The notes below the pieces were generated by a model. That model did not search any database and had not been told where the DNA came from. It saw nothing but the letters and a program-made list of their open reading frames with translations. From the human T2T-CHM13v2.0 reference genome, Homo sapiens: 64,000 bases of DNA. The stretch lies in assembly GCF_009914755.1 (NCBI RefSeq), contig NC_060937.1. One strand, written 5' to 3'. How positions within the stretch are numbered: position 1 is the stretch's first letter; the number at the start of each line of letters is the position of its first letter. Of the stretch, positions 41,071 through 54,049 are shown in pieces. The position numbers and the translations under genes were made by a program.

Positions 41071-43559
41071 AACATGTATTATCAGTTGTACATTCGCCAC
41101 ATACACCTAGTTCTGGTAAACCAGTCTAGGTCAAATGAAGCTGGAAAGAGTCAATTAAAGTTTACTTAATATAAGACATTTCTATTCTGCCTTCACATTT
41201 TTTTCCATATCAATTTTTCAGTTGGTAGTTATATTATTATTAACTTATTTGGACAATCTATTCACTTCTTTCTCTCTGTCAACTTACTCTCAGGATTCTA
41301 TTCATCAAAGAAGAGTATTTTTGCCTAATTTGTTTCCTGTTTGAAATGTTAATATTATAGGTACCTAAATAAACATAAAATAGGATCAGCGAATGACCTA
41401 CTAGAGGTAAGTGTACAAGACTTAAAGAAATAATGGTCTGGGATATGTCTACCTGATTCTTATAACTCTAAAAATAGATCTAACAGCATTCCGTGTCAGT
41501 CTTCTCAGATCCTCATCCTATACTTAAATGTCTTGATCTCAATAATTTGAAACTGAGAAAATATAAAACTGTAGAAAAGAACATAAGTGAAAAAGACTGT
41601 TGTCTATAGCAACTAACAGTAATAATATTATTAAACCATAAGCTAAATGTAGGTGTAATTCAGTGCCAAAAATCTTTCTAAAATTTAGGTTGTGTACAGT
41701 GTAGTATTTAGAATAAGAAAAAAATAAATGCAGACTTGAAAGATGGGAGTGGAAGACAATTTATAACTATCTTTAAATGTTTAACTATTTGTTACGTGAA
41801 AGCAATTACATTAATAATATAGATCTAAACATATCAGAAGAAAAAATAAATATGCTAACTACAGAATATTTGATTTCTACTAAAACCAAAGGCTTAAAAA
41901 TTGATTCATTGTCTAAAAATACAAATAGTTATCTTTGGGAGATAGACATGTCTCTATTATTAGAGGTATTCATACTTAATTTTGACCACAGATTATAGGA
42001 TAGAATGGAAAATAGACTAGAGAAGTACCTAAATGTGTTCTTTTAGGTTTATAATTTGTTCGTTCTGTGATTCACACTGTCTTGCTCAACTATTCAAGTT
42101 ACTTCTATTATATTTTGTTCTTTTCAGGAAGGTATCAACCAAATAAACTTTGAGCAATTCTATGGGACAAGAATTGGAATAACATTGGGATTGGGAATAG
42201 GGGCAAAAAGTAAAGTATTATAGAATCTAGAATGATTTATATTGAATTAGAAGAGATTAGAGTATGATATCCACCATCAAAGCAAAAAAAAAAGGACTGC
42301 TCTGTGGAACAGGAGGCTTATCCATCACTCTAGGAGTAAGAACTAGAAGGGACATTTAATTCAACTTGTAATAATGTTTCATTATTGGAGGTGTTTTTGT
42401 TATGTTTCATTTTGTTTTTAAAGAATGAGATGACATGTGAAAGACCACATTACTTATTATTAGAAGGTTTTAAGGAAAGGATGAGTGAGATACTTTATGA
42501 ATTTTGTGTCAGAATTTTGCCATTTGGTGGAATATTGAACTGGATGATGTCTAAGTTTCCTCCAATATCAGAATTCAAATTTCATGATCTTTTAGTTTAT
42601 AGAAATGGATATGTTGCAGATATTACATATACCACCTGATGAGAGACTTTCCGTATGTCATCATTTTTCAAAACACCATCTGCCATAAGATTCTATTACT
42701 ATGTAGCCAATGATATACCAACATGAAAATTAGTATACCACCTGGCTTACATAGTTTTTGAATGAACGTTTCAATACTTCGTCATGAGGCAAACGCAATG
42801 ACTCAGTTGTGCTAGACAGCCACAGTCCATTATGTAAGTAACTGTGTTAAGCTTAACTACTGCTTTTATTAAACATAAAAACAACCAGGTATGATTCTCA
42901 TTAGTTCCCTGACCAATAAAGTGTAAAGACCACCTGAAAGCCCAAGTATTATTACTCTGTTATTTGTTTACCACCACTTTAAATATATTAAGTAATACAG
43001 TTATTATGTGAATTGGCTCTAATATTCCTTTTGAATTTGTATAGTTTCAGTTAATGACTATAAAGTCCTACTGTTAGGTTTAGTCATTATAATTCATTAG
43101 GTAACATTTGTTTATATTATTAAATCAAAATTTTAAAAGTATTTAAAATAGTCAAATTTTTAATATGAGTTGGATGGTAGTGACGTACTATAAATAAATT
43201 TTAAGAATAAATCATATTTCAGTGTTCTTATACATAATTTCTTGAGATTACATAGTCAAATAGCTTCATAATGGCAAGAAAACGTAAGTAAACACATTGT
43301 AAAGTTGAATGCAATTTGGCTTGAAATGTTATATTTTAATAGAAATATCATGTTTGTCACATTTTCAACTTAAGCTTTTGACACTTTGTCACTATGAAGC
43401 AGACACGCAAATATAATAAAGTTGAGAAAATTTTAATGTAGGGTGCTAACAATGACAAAATTGTGCTTTTTGAGGTGATAAACTCTTTGAAAGTTACAAT
43501 CGCCAGATTAGTTGTGTAAATTTTATCTCTAACAGCATTTCACAGGAATGAAGTAGTGA

Positions 43560-44930
43560 CAATAATCACAGCTAGCTCTTACTGAGTGTTTATTATGTGA
43601 TAGTCACTATATATAGCACTATACACATATTATCACATTCCCCAAGATAATTTATAAAGAAATTATTTCTTTCAATTTTTGCTACCTCCCCCAACTGCTT
43701 TATGTATGAGAATATTGAGGTTAACACAGGTAAACAGAATTATTGTGTTATGGGGCAAGCAGGGAAGTTGATTTTGAATAATTGTATTATAAAGTGAAAG
43801 AGTTTGAGATAAGGAAGAATGGCGATTAACTAAAGTTAGACAGAAAGGTAGGTAGGGCCAGATAATAATGGGCTCATATACCGTGGTAAAAATGTCAGCT
43901 ATCATTCTGCAGATGATGAAAAGCTATTTTAGGGATGTGAAAAAATGGAGTTGTAGGATTAGATTTTAATGAACAAGACAAATCGAGTCCATAATATTAA
44001 AAAATGATAAGTTCCATGAAGAAAATAAAGCAGGCAATAGTAGAGAGAGTGACAAATGGTGATGACATCAGGGAACATAATTTGGATATTGTAGTGAAGA
44101 AGGAATCTTTGAAGAGGTGACATTTTAGCAGAGACTTTAATGATGAGAGACATTTGAGCTGAGAACTGAATATTGGGAAGGAATAAGTCACCTAAAAATT
44201 TCGTTCAATAAAGTTGTAAGTAGAGGTCAAGGTCAAGGGCAAGATCAAATATGCTGAAACTAAGAAAAGGTTAGTGTACTTTAAGAACAAGCAGATGCCC
44301 AGTACACACAAAAGACAATGAAAGAGAGGAAATATAATATGATGTGATGTCTGAGAGGAAGGAGAAGGTAGGTCATGTATATGTTCTTGTAGACACCCTA
44401 GCAGCATGGAGTTTGGAGTGAAAAACACTGGCGATGATGGTTTCTCAATGGCTCCACTTTCCTCAGCCACTAGGTATTATGATAAAACTCATCAATCAGA
44501 AGTAACACAGGGAGAAGAGCAGATTAGATCCATGATGATATTTGTAGGTTAACAACAAAGAAAATGAGTTGTTTTGAATATATTGAATTTTAAGTGCAAC
44601 TGAGGCAATTAGCTGGAGATCTTCTAAGGAGAAATTACATACTTTGTAGGTCTGTATCACAAGGAATGAAGTATGAAATTTTGGAATTGTAAGCAAATAC
44701 CCAAGGAATGAGGTCTGAGGGTGACACTTTCAGGGATCCAATTGTAAGGAATATCAAAAGAAATGAAGTGTTAACTGTCGAAGGAGGTAAAAAAAAATAA
44801 CTAGAGTGTGCAGAGTGAAGAAATACTGAAAACAAATACATTTTAAAAAATATAAAAGGTGTTAAAAGCTAAAGAAATTTTAAATTAGATAAGGCAAATA
44901 TTATTTGCCAATTTTGGTAATGGAAAGAGG
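43560..44930 (-). mobile_element. MIR (43560-43740) followed by L2 fragments
   Basis: ttactgagtgtttattatgtg...gagaatattgagg; gaggtgacattttagcagagacttt and gtagggccagataata are L2-type motifs. Confidence 0.55.
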
Positions 44931-45228
44931 ATCAGGAGTGAGTTTAGGTATTTTATGAAGGTACAGTCATTAATAATAATCTAAAATATCACTTCTTCAG
45001 AAAATTTTCAGAACTTTTTAAAATTCATAGGGAAATCCAGAAGATTTCTGTGTCTGTTTCATCTAAGACAGAGAACATGGGATAGATATGGAGAGAGCTG
45101 CTTCCTGGCCTTCGGAATGTAGCAAGCCTGCTTCTGCATGATGGTATAGAGATTATGAAAACTAAAAGGATGTCAATATATGTCTTAAGTATAATTAGTA
45201 GTCTCACTCTGCTTGCTTGCTTAAACCA

Positions 45229-45299
45229 TGTATATATATACACACACATACACACATGTGAGTGCGCACACACACACACACAAACACACATATATATAT
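45229..45299. repeat. (TA)/(CA) microsatellite
   Basis: Direct reading. Confidence 0.85.
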
Positions 45300-45380
45300 T
45301 TTTTCCACTCTCCCTTCTACTCCCACTTCTTCTATTTCAGTAATTCTCTAGCTTTATATTTTGTTGTCAATCTAAATACC

Positions 45381-45772
45381 TGTTATGGGCTGAATTTTTC
45401 CCTTCAAAATTCATATATTAAAGCCTTAAACCCTGATACTGCACAATGTTACCCAATTTTGAGCTAGGGCCTTTAAAGATGTGATTATGTTAAAATAAAG
45501 CCATTAGGGTGGGACCTAAACCTCTCTCTCTGATATCCTAATAAGAAGAGACAACGGAGAGACACCAGGGATGCATGCACAGGGGACAGGCCACTTGAAG
45601 AGGCAGCACAAGAGGGTGGCCATCTGCAAGCCAAAGAGAGAGGCCTCAGAGGAAATCGACTTTGCTGGCTCCTTGGAATTCAAGGCTCCAGAACTGTAAG
45701 AAAATAAATTTTTCTTGTTTCAGTCACTCAGCCTATAGCATTCTGTTATGGCAGCCCTGGAAAACTAGTACA
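45381..45772 (+). mobile_element. MLT1A/B MaLR LTR
   Basis: tgttatgggctgaat...gggcctttaaagatgtgatta...ccatctgcaagccaaagagagaggcctcagagg...actagtaca. Confidence 0.8.
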
Positions 45773-46440
45773 GTGTCCTTCCTTGTTTGTGTGATTTTTT
45801 GTATTATTGTCTCTGGTTTCAGCCCATATTTTTCCCCACTTGCCTCCCTCTTCTGTGTTTTCTATTCTGCATGTTAGTTAATTCTGATAATCCTAAATAT
45901 TTGCAGTAATTTTTATATATTTTCTAAATTTTTCATTTATATTTGTGGTTACATAGTAGGTATATATATTTATAGGGTACATGAGACATTTTGATAAAGG
46001 CAGGCAATGTGAAATAAGCACATCCTGAAGAATGGGGTATCCATCCCCTTAATCATTTTGTGCCCATTAACCATCCCCACCTTCTTATCCAGTCCCCTAC
46101 TACCCTTCCCAGGTTTTGGTAACCATCCTTCTACTCTATATCCATGAGTTCAATTGTTTTGGTTTTTAGACCCCACATGTAAGTGAAAATGTGTGACGTT
46201 TGTCTTTCTATGCCTGGTTTATTTCACTTAACATAATAATCTCCTGTTCCATTCATGTTGTTGCAAATGACTAGAACTCATTCTTTTTTATGGCTGAATA
46301 GTACTCCATTCTGTATATGTACCCCATTTTCTTTATCCATTCATCTGTTGATGGAAACTTCAGTTGCTTCCAAATCTTGGCTATTGTGAATAGTGCTGCC
46401 ACAAACATGGGAGTGCAGATCTGTCTTCAATATGCTGATT

Positions 46441-46681
46441 TTCTCTTTCTTTCTTTCTTTTTCTTTTCCTTCCTTCCTTTCTTCCTTCCTTCCTTCCTTC
46501 TTTTCTATCCTTTCCTTTCCTTTCCTTTTCCTTTACTTTTCTTTCTTTTTCTTTTTCTTTTTTGTAGAGATTGGGTTTTGACAAGTTGGCCAGGCTGGTC
46601 TTCAACTCCTGGCCTCAAGTGATCCACCCACTTGGGCCTCCCAAAGTGCTAGGATTACAGGTGTGAGCCACCACACCTGGT
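46441..46681 (-). mobile_element. FLAM/Alu left monomer whose tail became (CTTT)n/(CCTT)n
   Basis: gtagaga...ggcctcaagtgatcc...ccacacctgg; gatttt on both sides. Confidence 0.85.
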
Positions 46682-48668
46682 GATTTTATTTCTTTTAGTT
46701 ATATACCCAGCAATTGGGATTGCTGGATCACATGGTAGCTCTATTTTCAGTTTTTTGAGATACCCCCAAACTGTTCTCCATAGTGGTTGTACTAATTTAC
46801 ATTCCCTTCAATAGCATACCAGAGCTCCCCTTTCTCCACATCCTTGCCAGGATTTATTATTGCCAATCTTTTGGATATAAGCCATTTTATCTGGAGTGAG
46901 AAGATATCTCATTGTAGTCCTAATTTTCATTTTTCTGGTGATCAATGATAGTGATCACCTTTACATATGCCTGTTTGCTACTTGTCTTCTTTTGATAAAT
47001 GTATATTCAAATCTTTTGACTGTCTTTTGACCAGATTATTAGTTTTTGGTTTTTTTTTTCTATAGAGTAGTTTGAGCTCCTTATATATTCTGGTTATTAA
47101 TCTCTTGTCAGATGGGTAGTTTGCAAATATTTTCTCCCATTCTGTGGTTTGTCTCTTGACTTTGTTGATTGTTTCCTTTGCTGCGCAGAAGTTTTTTAAC
47201 TTGATGTGATCCCATTTGTCAATGTTTGCTTTGGTTGCCTATGCTTGTGGGGTATTGTTCAAGAAATGTTTGCACAGAACAATGTCTGGAGACTTTCCCC
47301 AATGTTTTGTAGTGTGTTCATGGTTTAAGTTCTTAGATTTAAGTCTTTAATCCATTTCTATTTTATTTTTGTATATGGTGAGAAATAGGGGTCTAGTTTT
47401 ATTCTTCTGCACATGGATATCCAATTTTCCCAGAAACATTTCTTGAATAGACTATCTTTCCCCAATGTATGCTCTTGGAACCTTTGTCAAAAATGAGTTC
47501 ACCTTAGGTGTATGGATTTGTCTCTGACTTCTCTGTTCTGTTCCATTGTCTGTCTGTTTTTATGCCAGTACCACACTGTTTTGATTACTATAACTCTGTA
47601 GTATAATTTAAAGTTAGGCAATGTGATTCTTCCAGTTTTGTTCCTCTTTACTTAGAATAGCTCTGGCTATTCTGAGTCTTTTGCACTTTCATATAAATTT
47701 TATGGGGTTTTTTTCCATTTCTGTGACGAATGTCATGGTATTTTGATAGAGATTGCATTGAATCTGTAGATTGCTGTGGGTAGATGGACATTTTAACAAT
47801 ATCTATTTTTCAATCCATGAACCTGGAATATTTTTCCTTTTCTTATCTTCTTAAATTTCTTTCATCAGTGTTTTATAGCTTAAGTCATGAAGATCTCTCA
47901 CTTACTTGGTTAAGTTAATTTCTAGATATTTAATTTTATGTATGCCTATTGTAAATGGGATTTTTAAATTTCCTTTTCACATTGTTCACCGTTGGCATAT
48001 AGAAATGCTATTGATTTTTGTATTTTGGTTTTGTATCCTGCAACTTTACTGAATTTGTTTAGCAGTTCTAATAGCTTTCTTGTGGAGTCTTCAGGATTTT
48101 TCAAATATAAGACCATATCACCTGCAAACAAGGATGAGAAACTATAAGAAAAGACAAAGAAAAACTGAAAGTCTTTCCTCTAATATCTTTCAGTTTTTCT
48201 TCATTTAGTATAATACTAGATGTGTATCTGTCATATATGGCTTTATTATTTTAAAATATGTTTCCTGTATGCCAAGTTTTCTGAGGGTTTTTAACATTAA
48301 GGGATGTTGAATTTTATCAAATTCTTTTTCAGCATCAATTAAAATGATTATATGGTTTTTATTCTTTATTCTGATAATGTATCACATGTATTGATTTGCA
48401 TACATTGAACCATCCTTGCATCTCAGGGATAAACCCCACTTGGCCATGATAAATGATCTTTCTAATGTATTGTTGAATTCAGTTTGCTAGAATTTTGTTG
48501 AGGATTTTTGCATCAGTATTCATCAGCAACATTGGCCTGTAGTATTCTTTTTTTTTGATGTGTCTTTGGTTTCGTTATCAGGGTAATACTTGCCTCATAG
48601 AATGTGTTTGGGAATATGCCCTTTTCCTCTGTTTTGTGGAATAGTTTGAGTAGGATTGGTATTATTAG

Positions 48669-48848
<180 letters not shown>

Positions 48849-50243
48849 TAATAATATTTCATTTATATTATGCTCCAGTTTGCGGTACATATATATATTT
48901 AAAATTTTTGTATCCTCTTGCTGAATTGACCCTTTCATCATTCTATGGTAATCTTCTTTGTCTTTTCTTATAGTTTCTGTCTTGGAATTTATCTTGTCAA
49001 AGTATAGTGACTCCTGCTCTTTTTTGATTTCCGGTGGTATGGTATATCTTATGCCATCTCTTTATTTTCAGTCTATTTGTGTCTTTATAGATGAAGTCTG
49101 TTCCTTGTAGACAACAGATCAATGGGTCTGGTATTTTCATCCATTCAGCCAGTCTATGTCTTTTTATTAATCAGTTTAATCCATTTCCAATCAATGTTAT
49201 TATTGATAAGTAATGACTTAAACCTGACCTTTTTTGTTATTTGTTTTCGGGTTATTTTGTAGTTTTCTCTTCCTTCTTTCTTTCATTCTTCTCTTCCTTC
49301 AGTGAAGGTGATTTTCTCTGATATGATTTAGTTTCTTGCTTTTAATTTTTTGTGTATTCATTGTATGTTTTTTGGTTTGAGGTTACCATAAAGCTTGCAA
49401 ATACTATCTTTTAAACTATTATTTTAACCTGATAATAACAACACTATTTGCCTAAACAAATAAGCCAAAGGAAAACTAATAAAAGCTTGCCTTAACTTTG
49501 TCCCTCTGCTTCTTAACTTTATGTTGTTTCTATTTATATCTTATTATACTATGTCTTGAAACGTTGCTTTAGTTATTATTTTTGATTGGATCATCGTTTC
49601 ACCTTTCTACTTAGGATGAAAGTTATCCTAAGTAGAAAGTAATACCACAGTTACAGGGTTATAATGTTATGTGTTTTTCTGTGTACTATTACCAGTAAGT
49701 TTTATACCTTCAGGGTATTATTTATTGCTCATTAATATCTTTTTCTTTCTCATCGAAGTAGTCCATTTAGCATTTCTTTAGGATGAGTCTGGTATTCATA
49801 AAATCCTTCAGCTTTTGTTTGTCTGGGAAAGTCTTTATTTCTTCTTCATGTTTAAAGGATATTTTTGCCAAATATGGTACTCTAGGGTAATTTTTTTCCT
49901 TCAGTACTTTAAATATGTTACATTATTCTCTCCTGACCTGTAAGGTTTTCATTAAAAAGTCTGCTGCCAGACATATTGAAGCTCCTTTTCACCACTATGA
50001 CTGTGCTGGATCAGACCTGAAGCCAGCACAGTTCTGGGTCTTGCCCAAGGCCTGCTGTAACCACTCCCTGGCTACTGCCTATGTTTGTTCAAGGCCATAG
50101 CGTTATGCAATCAGCAGGTGGCAAAGCGAGCCAGGCCTGTGTCTTTCCCTTGAGGGCAGCAAGGTTGTCAAGGCCCCAGGTGGGTCCAGAGTGCCTTCCA
50201 GGAGTCAGGGAATAGAGCCATAAACCTTACACGTCTACCTGAT

Positions 50244-50612
50244 TGTGTTAGGCCATTTTCACACTGCTATAAAGAACTATTTGAGACTGAGTCATTTATA
50301 AAGAAAAGAGCATTAAATGACTCACAGTTCTGCATGGCTGGGGAGGCTTCAGGAAACTTACAATCATGGTGGAAGGTGAAGAGGAAACAAGGCACATCTT
50401 ACATGGTGGCAAGGGAGAGAGTGAGAGCAAGGGGATAACTTCCAAACACTTTTAAACCATCAGATCTCGTGAGAACTCACTCACATCATGAGAAAAGCAT
50501 GAGGGAAACCATCCCCATAAACCAATCACCTCCTAACAGGCTCCTCCCTCAACATATGGGGAATATAATTTGAGATGACATTTAGGTGGGGACACAGAGC
50601 CAAACCATTTCA
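50244..50612 (-). mobile_element. THE1D/MSTA solo LTR in the L1 5'UTR
   Basis: tgtgttaggccattttcacactgctataaagaac...cacagagccaaaccatttca; TSD ctgat/ctggt. Confidence 0.88.
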
Positions 50613-52149
50613 CTGGTATTCTGTTGTATTGTGACTGAGCTGCACTCAAACCACAAAAACAAACAAACAAACAAACAAAAAAACCACTCTTCCCTCCCTT
50701 TTCCAAAGGCATGGGAGCATCACGCCATAGCCACTGACACTCATGGCCATGAGGACTATGGCCAGACTACCACCACTGTTTCTTTAAGGCCCAAGGTCTC
50801 TTATGTCAGCTGGTGGTAAATGCTGCCTGGCCTGGGACTCACCCTTCAGGCCTGTGGGTTTTCCTCTGGCCCAGGGCAGGTCCAGAAATGCCGTCTAAGA
50901 GTTGAGTCCTGGAGTCGGGTACCCCAAGAGCCTGGTGAGTGCTCTACCTTCCTGTGATTGTGTTGGTACCTAAGGTACAAGACAAAGTCTCCTTTACTTT
51001 TCCCTCTGCTTTTCTCAAGCAGAAGGAGTTTTGTCCCATAGCAAGCACAGCTGGGAATGTGCTGAGTCTCACTTGAAGCGAGCAAGTCTTAGAGGCTTAC
51101 CAAGGTCCTTGTGGTACCTGGGTATTACTGCTGGTTATTCAGGGCCCAAGGGCTCTTCTATTAGCAGGTGATGAATGTTTCCAGGACTGGATCTTTTCTT
51201 TCAAGGCAGTGGATTCCCTTCTCACCCAGGGTGTGTTTGGAAATGTCATCTGGCAGCTAGGGCCTATAACAGGGGCCTCATGACTGATCAGTGCCCTGTT
51301 TGCTGTGGGTTAGCTGGTATCCAAGATGCAAGACAAAGTTCTCTCCAGTCTTCCCTCTCCTCTCTTTAAGTGTAAAGAAAGGGTCAATTTTGGAGCCATA
51401 GACTCTGCAGTCTGGGGTTAGGGGAAGGGTGATGCCAGCACTTCCTTGGCTGCCCCAGCTGGTGTCTCAGTATGTCATGTGTCCCCCGAGTCCACTGTTT
51501 CTGGGTCTAGACTTACCTAAGAATTGTTGCAAGTTTCAAGTTTACTTAGAGACTAGAAGCACTTTGGCTCTGGGTTTGCAGGCACTCAAATTCAGACCAA
51601 TGGGATTAGCAAAGTCTCTCTGACTAGGGCTGTTTTAAATGTTTCCTGTGCGTGCGGACATCAGCTATGTTTGGTCTGGTTTTTCTTTCTGCTCTAACAG
51701 GACAGCGGTAAGTTCAATGCCTCACAATTGTTTTGCTCTCCCTCTCCCAGTGCCAGAAATGCTCTCCACACCATGTCCCACCTGCAGAGGAAGAGGTGAG
51801 AGAGGAGTGGTGCTGAGAATTCAAAACTGTTTTTTTTTTTAATCTCTTCAGTGTTTCAGCAATATGTAGTTAAAACCAAGAACTACGAATGCTCACCTGA
51901 TTTTCGTTCTTATGAAGCTGTTTTTCTGTGTAGGTAGTCGTTAACTTGATGTCCTTATTGGAGGGACAATTATTCTGCCATCTTGCTCCACCTTCTTCTC
52001 TGAATCTGCACTGGTGTTTTGAGAAATACAGATTTTAAGTCCCTGATGTCATCTGAAGGTAACCATCCATAAATATTTTAGATATTGACTATATTGACTA
52101 TATTATGGTAATAATTCCATGCTGATAAAATCTACTGATTTATGTATTT

Positions 52150-53330
52150 AGATATGGCAATGTAGGGAATAGGCTACGTGACTGAAGAGGTATCCAACCT
52201 GGGAAGAAGCCAAATGCAATAAAGTAATATTAAATAAGAATGAATGTAAAACCTTACATTTAAGTCTCAAAACTGAATTTCTAATATAAAGGAGAGAGGA
52301 TACAACCAAAACACCACATGTGATGCAAAAAAAAAAAACAAAACAAAAAACTAAAACAGACTTGGACATTTTAATTAACTGTCATTGAAATATTTATCAA
52401 TGCTGTTAAGTTTGCAATAAAGGTTGATATAAACTTAGATGCAAGAAAAGTAATTTTCTCAGCATTTTCTAGGCTGCTCATGCTGTACTTAAATAATTCT
52501 AGCTTTCAGACTTTAAGAGAGATATTAACTAACCTGATGAGGTCGAGATGACAGGCCTACTGGTACTAGGAGGTACGGCTTTAACATGAATTTTGGATGG
52601 ACAAAATTCAGCCCGTAATAAGTCCTAAGGTGGACAACAGAATGTGAAGCTAGAGAATTACAGAAATAAAATAAGGTAGAGAAGAAGAATAAAAAGAGAG
52701 GGAGAGATTAATGGCTTGAGCAAGCAAGCAGTCAGAAGACTAATTGAGTAGACTCAATACCATTGTATGCAAGGAAAGATCTAGGGTAATTTTGTATTAA
52801 AGATGAAAAAAATAAAGTATCTCCATAACAGGTATCTTGAAATATTTAAGGGTCTTTATTCAAGAAAGAAATCCAATTTTTTTTTCTAAGCAGTCATAAA
52901 ACAAATCTTTAGACCTATAGGGAAATCTTATTATAGTAGAATGGTATATTTAAGAGTTTATTAAGAAATATTTCCAGCACTTTGGGAGGCTGAGGTGGGC
53001 GGATCACTTGAGGCCAGGAGTTCAAGACAAGCCTGGCCAACATGGTGAAACCCTGCCTCTACTAAAAATACAAAATTAGCTGGAAATGGTGGCGCACACC
53101 TGTAATTCCAGCTACTCAATCACTTGAGCCTGGGAGGCAGAGGCTGCAGTGAGCGAACTGAGATCACACCACTGCAGAGTCTAGCCTGGGTGACAGAGGG
53201 AGACCCTGTCTCAAAAAAAAAAGACATTTGCTTAAAGAATAAAATGGTCGAAGGAGTTAAGAAGTAAGAATTTTTTCCACTGGCAGGACTCAAATTGTCA
53301 TTGGACAACATTGTTGCTCAGTTTCAAAGG
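52150..53330 (+). mobile_element. L3/CR1-like LINE relic, interrupted
   Basis: aatgtaaaaccttacatttaagtctcaaaa...acttggacattttaattaac resembles decayed CR1 ORF2 3' sequence. Confidence 0.4.
52973..53222 (+). mobile_element. AluJ/S, 5'-clipped, with a small right-arm deletion
   Basis: ccagcactttgggaggctgagg...gagaccctgtctcaaaa; TSD-like aaatattt/agacattt. Confidence 0.88.
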
Positions 53331-53633
53331 TACATTGAAACATCCACTGAGGATTTTAAATTATGCAGCACGACACGAGTGATTTTGTGGAGTTGCTTAA
53401 CAAACTATACACTACCACAGAAGCAATACGAAATGGGCAAGTAATTTGAGTTCTTATTTCTCAAATTTGTCTTATTTAAAACATAACAGGCTAGATTTTA
53501 TATGCATTGCATATCAGGCTTCTGAATATGACTATATCACACTTGCTTCTCTTCCTCAGACTTCATACATTATTGTATCTCTCAGGATTTGGGTGACAAA
53601 ACAGAAGCTACCACTCTCAAGTATTTCGGGCAG

Positions 53634-53639
<6 letters not shown>

Positions 53640-53665
<26 letters not shown>
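53640..53665. repeat. T26 mononucleotide run
   Basis: Direct reading. Confidence 0.95.
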
Positions 53666-54049
53666 GTGAGGGACTAGGTTACAACATTGTAGGAAGAACT
53701 GAAATACTTAAAAAGGGAGGGTAGTCAATGGGAAACTGCTATACTCCTGAAGGAGCAGAAATTTGTCTGGTGCAGTTGCCAAAGGAACCCAAGCTTATAT
53801 TTTGTGCCTTCAAAAGCTCTACTTCTTTTCTACTGCTGCCTGCTCTTGTCACCAGTATTGGGGATCTCCCACTGCCAAAACATACCAAAACTGTGATGGC
53901 AAAGATGCTGGAAAATGACATTTCTGGGGTTATAACACCTGCAATACAGAAAAGAGCATTGAGAAAGGGAAGAATTGTGCTGAAAGGCCAGGAAATAATA
54001 TGGTTTCAATCCTACCTCCTAATCTCAATTGACACAATTTTATCTATCA

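Noticed and set aside
42602-42840. Possible exon ending tat|GTAAGT with a nearby AP-1 site
   Set aside because: All frames are closed and the acceptor is weak.
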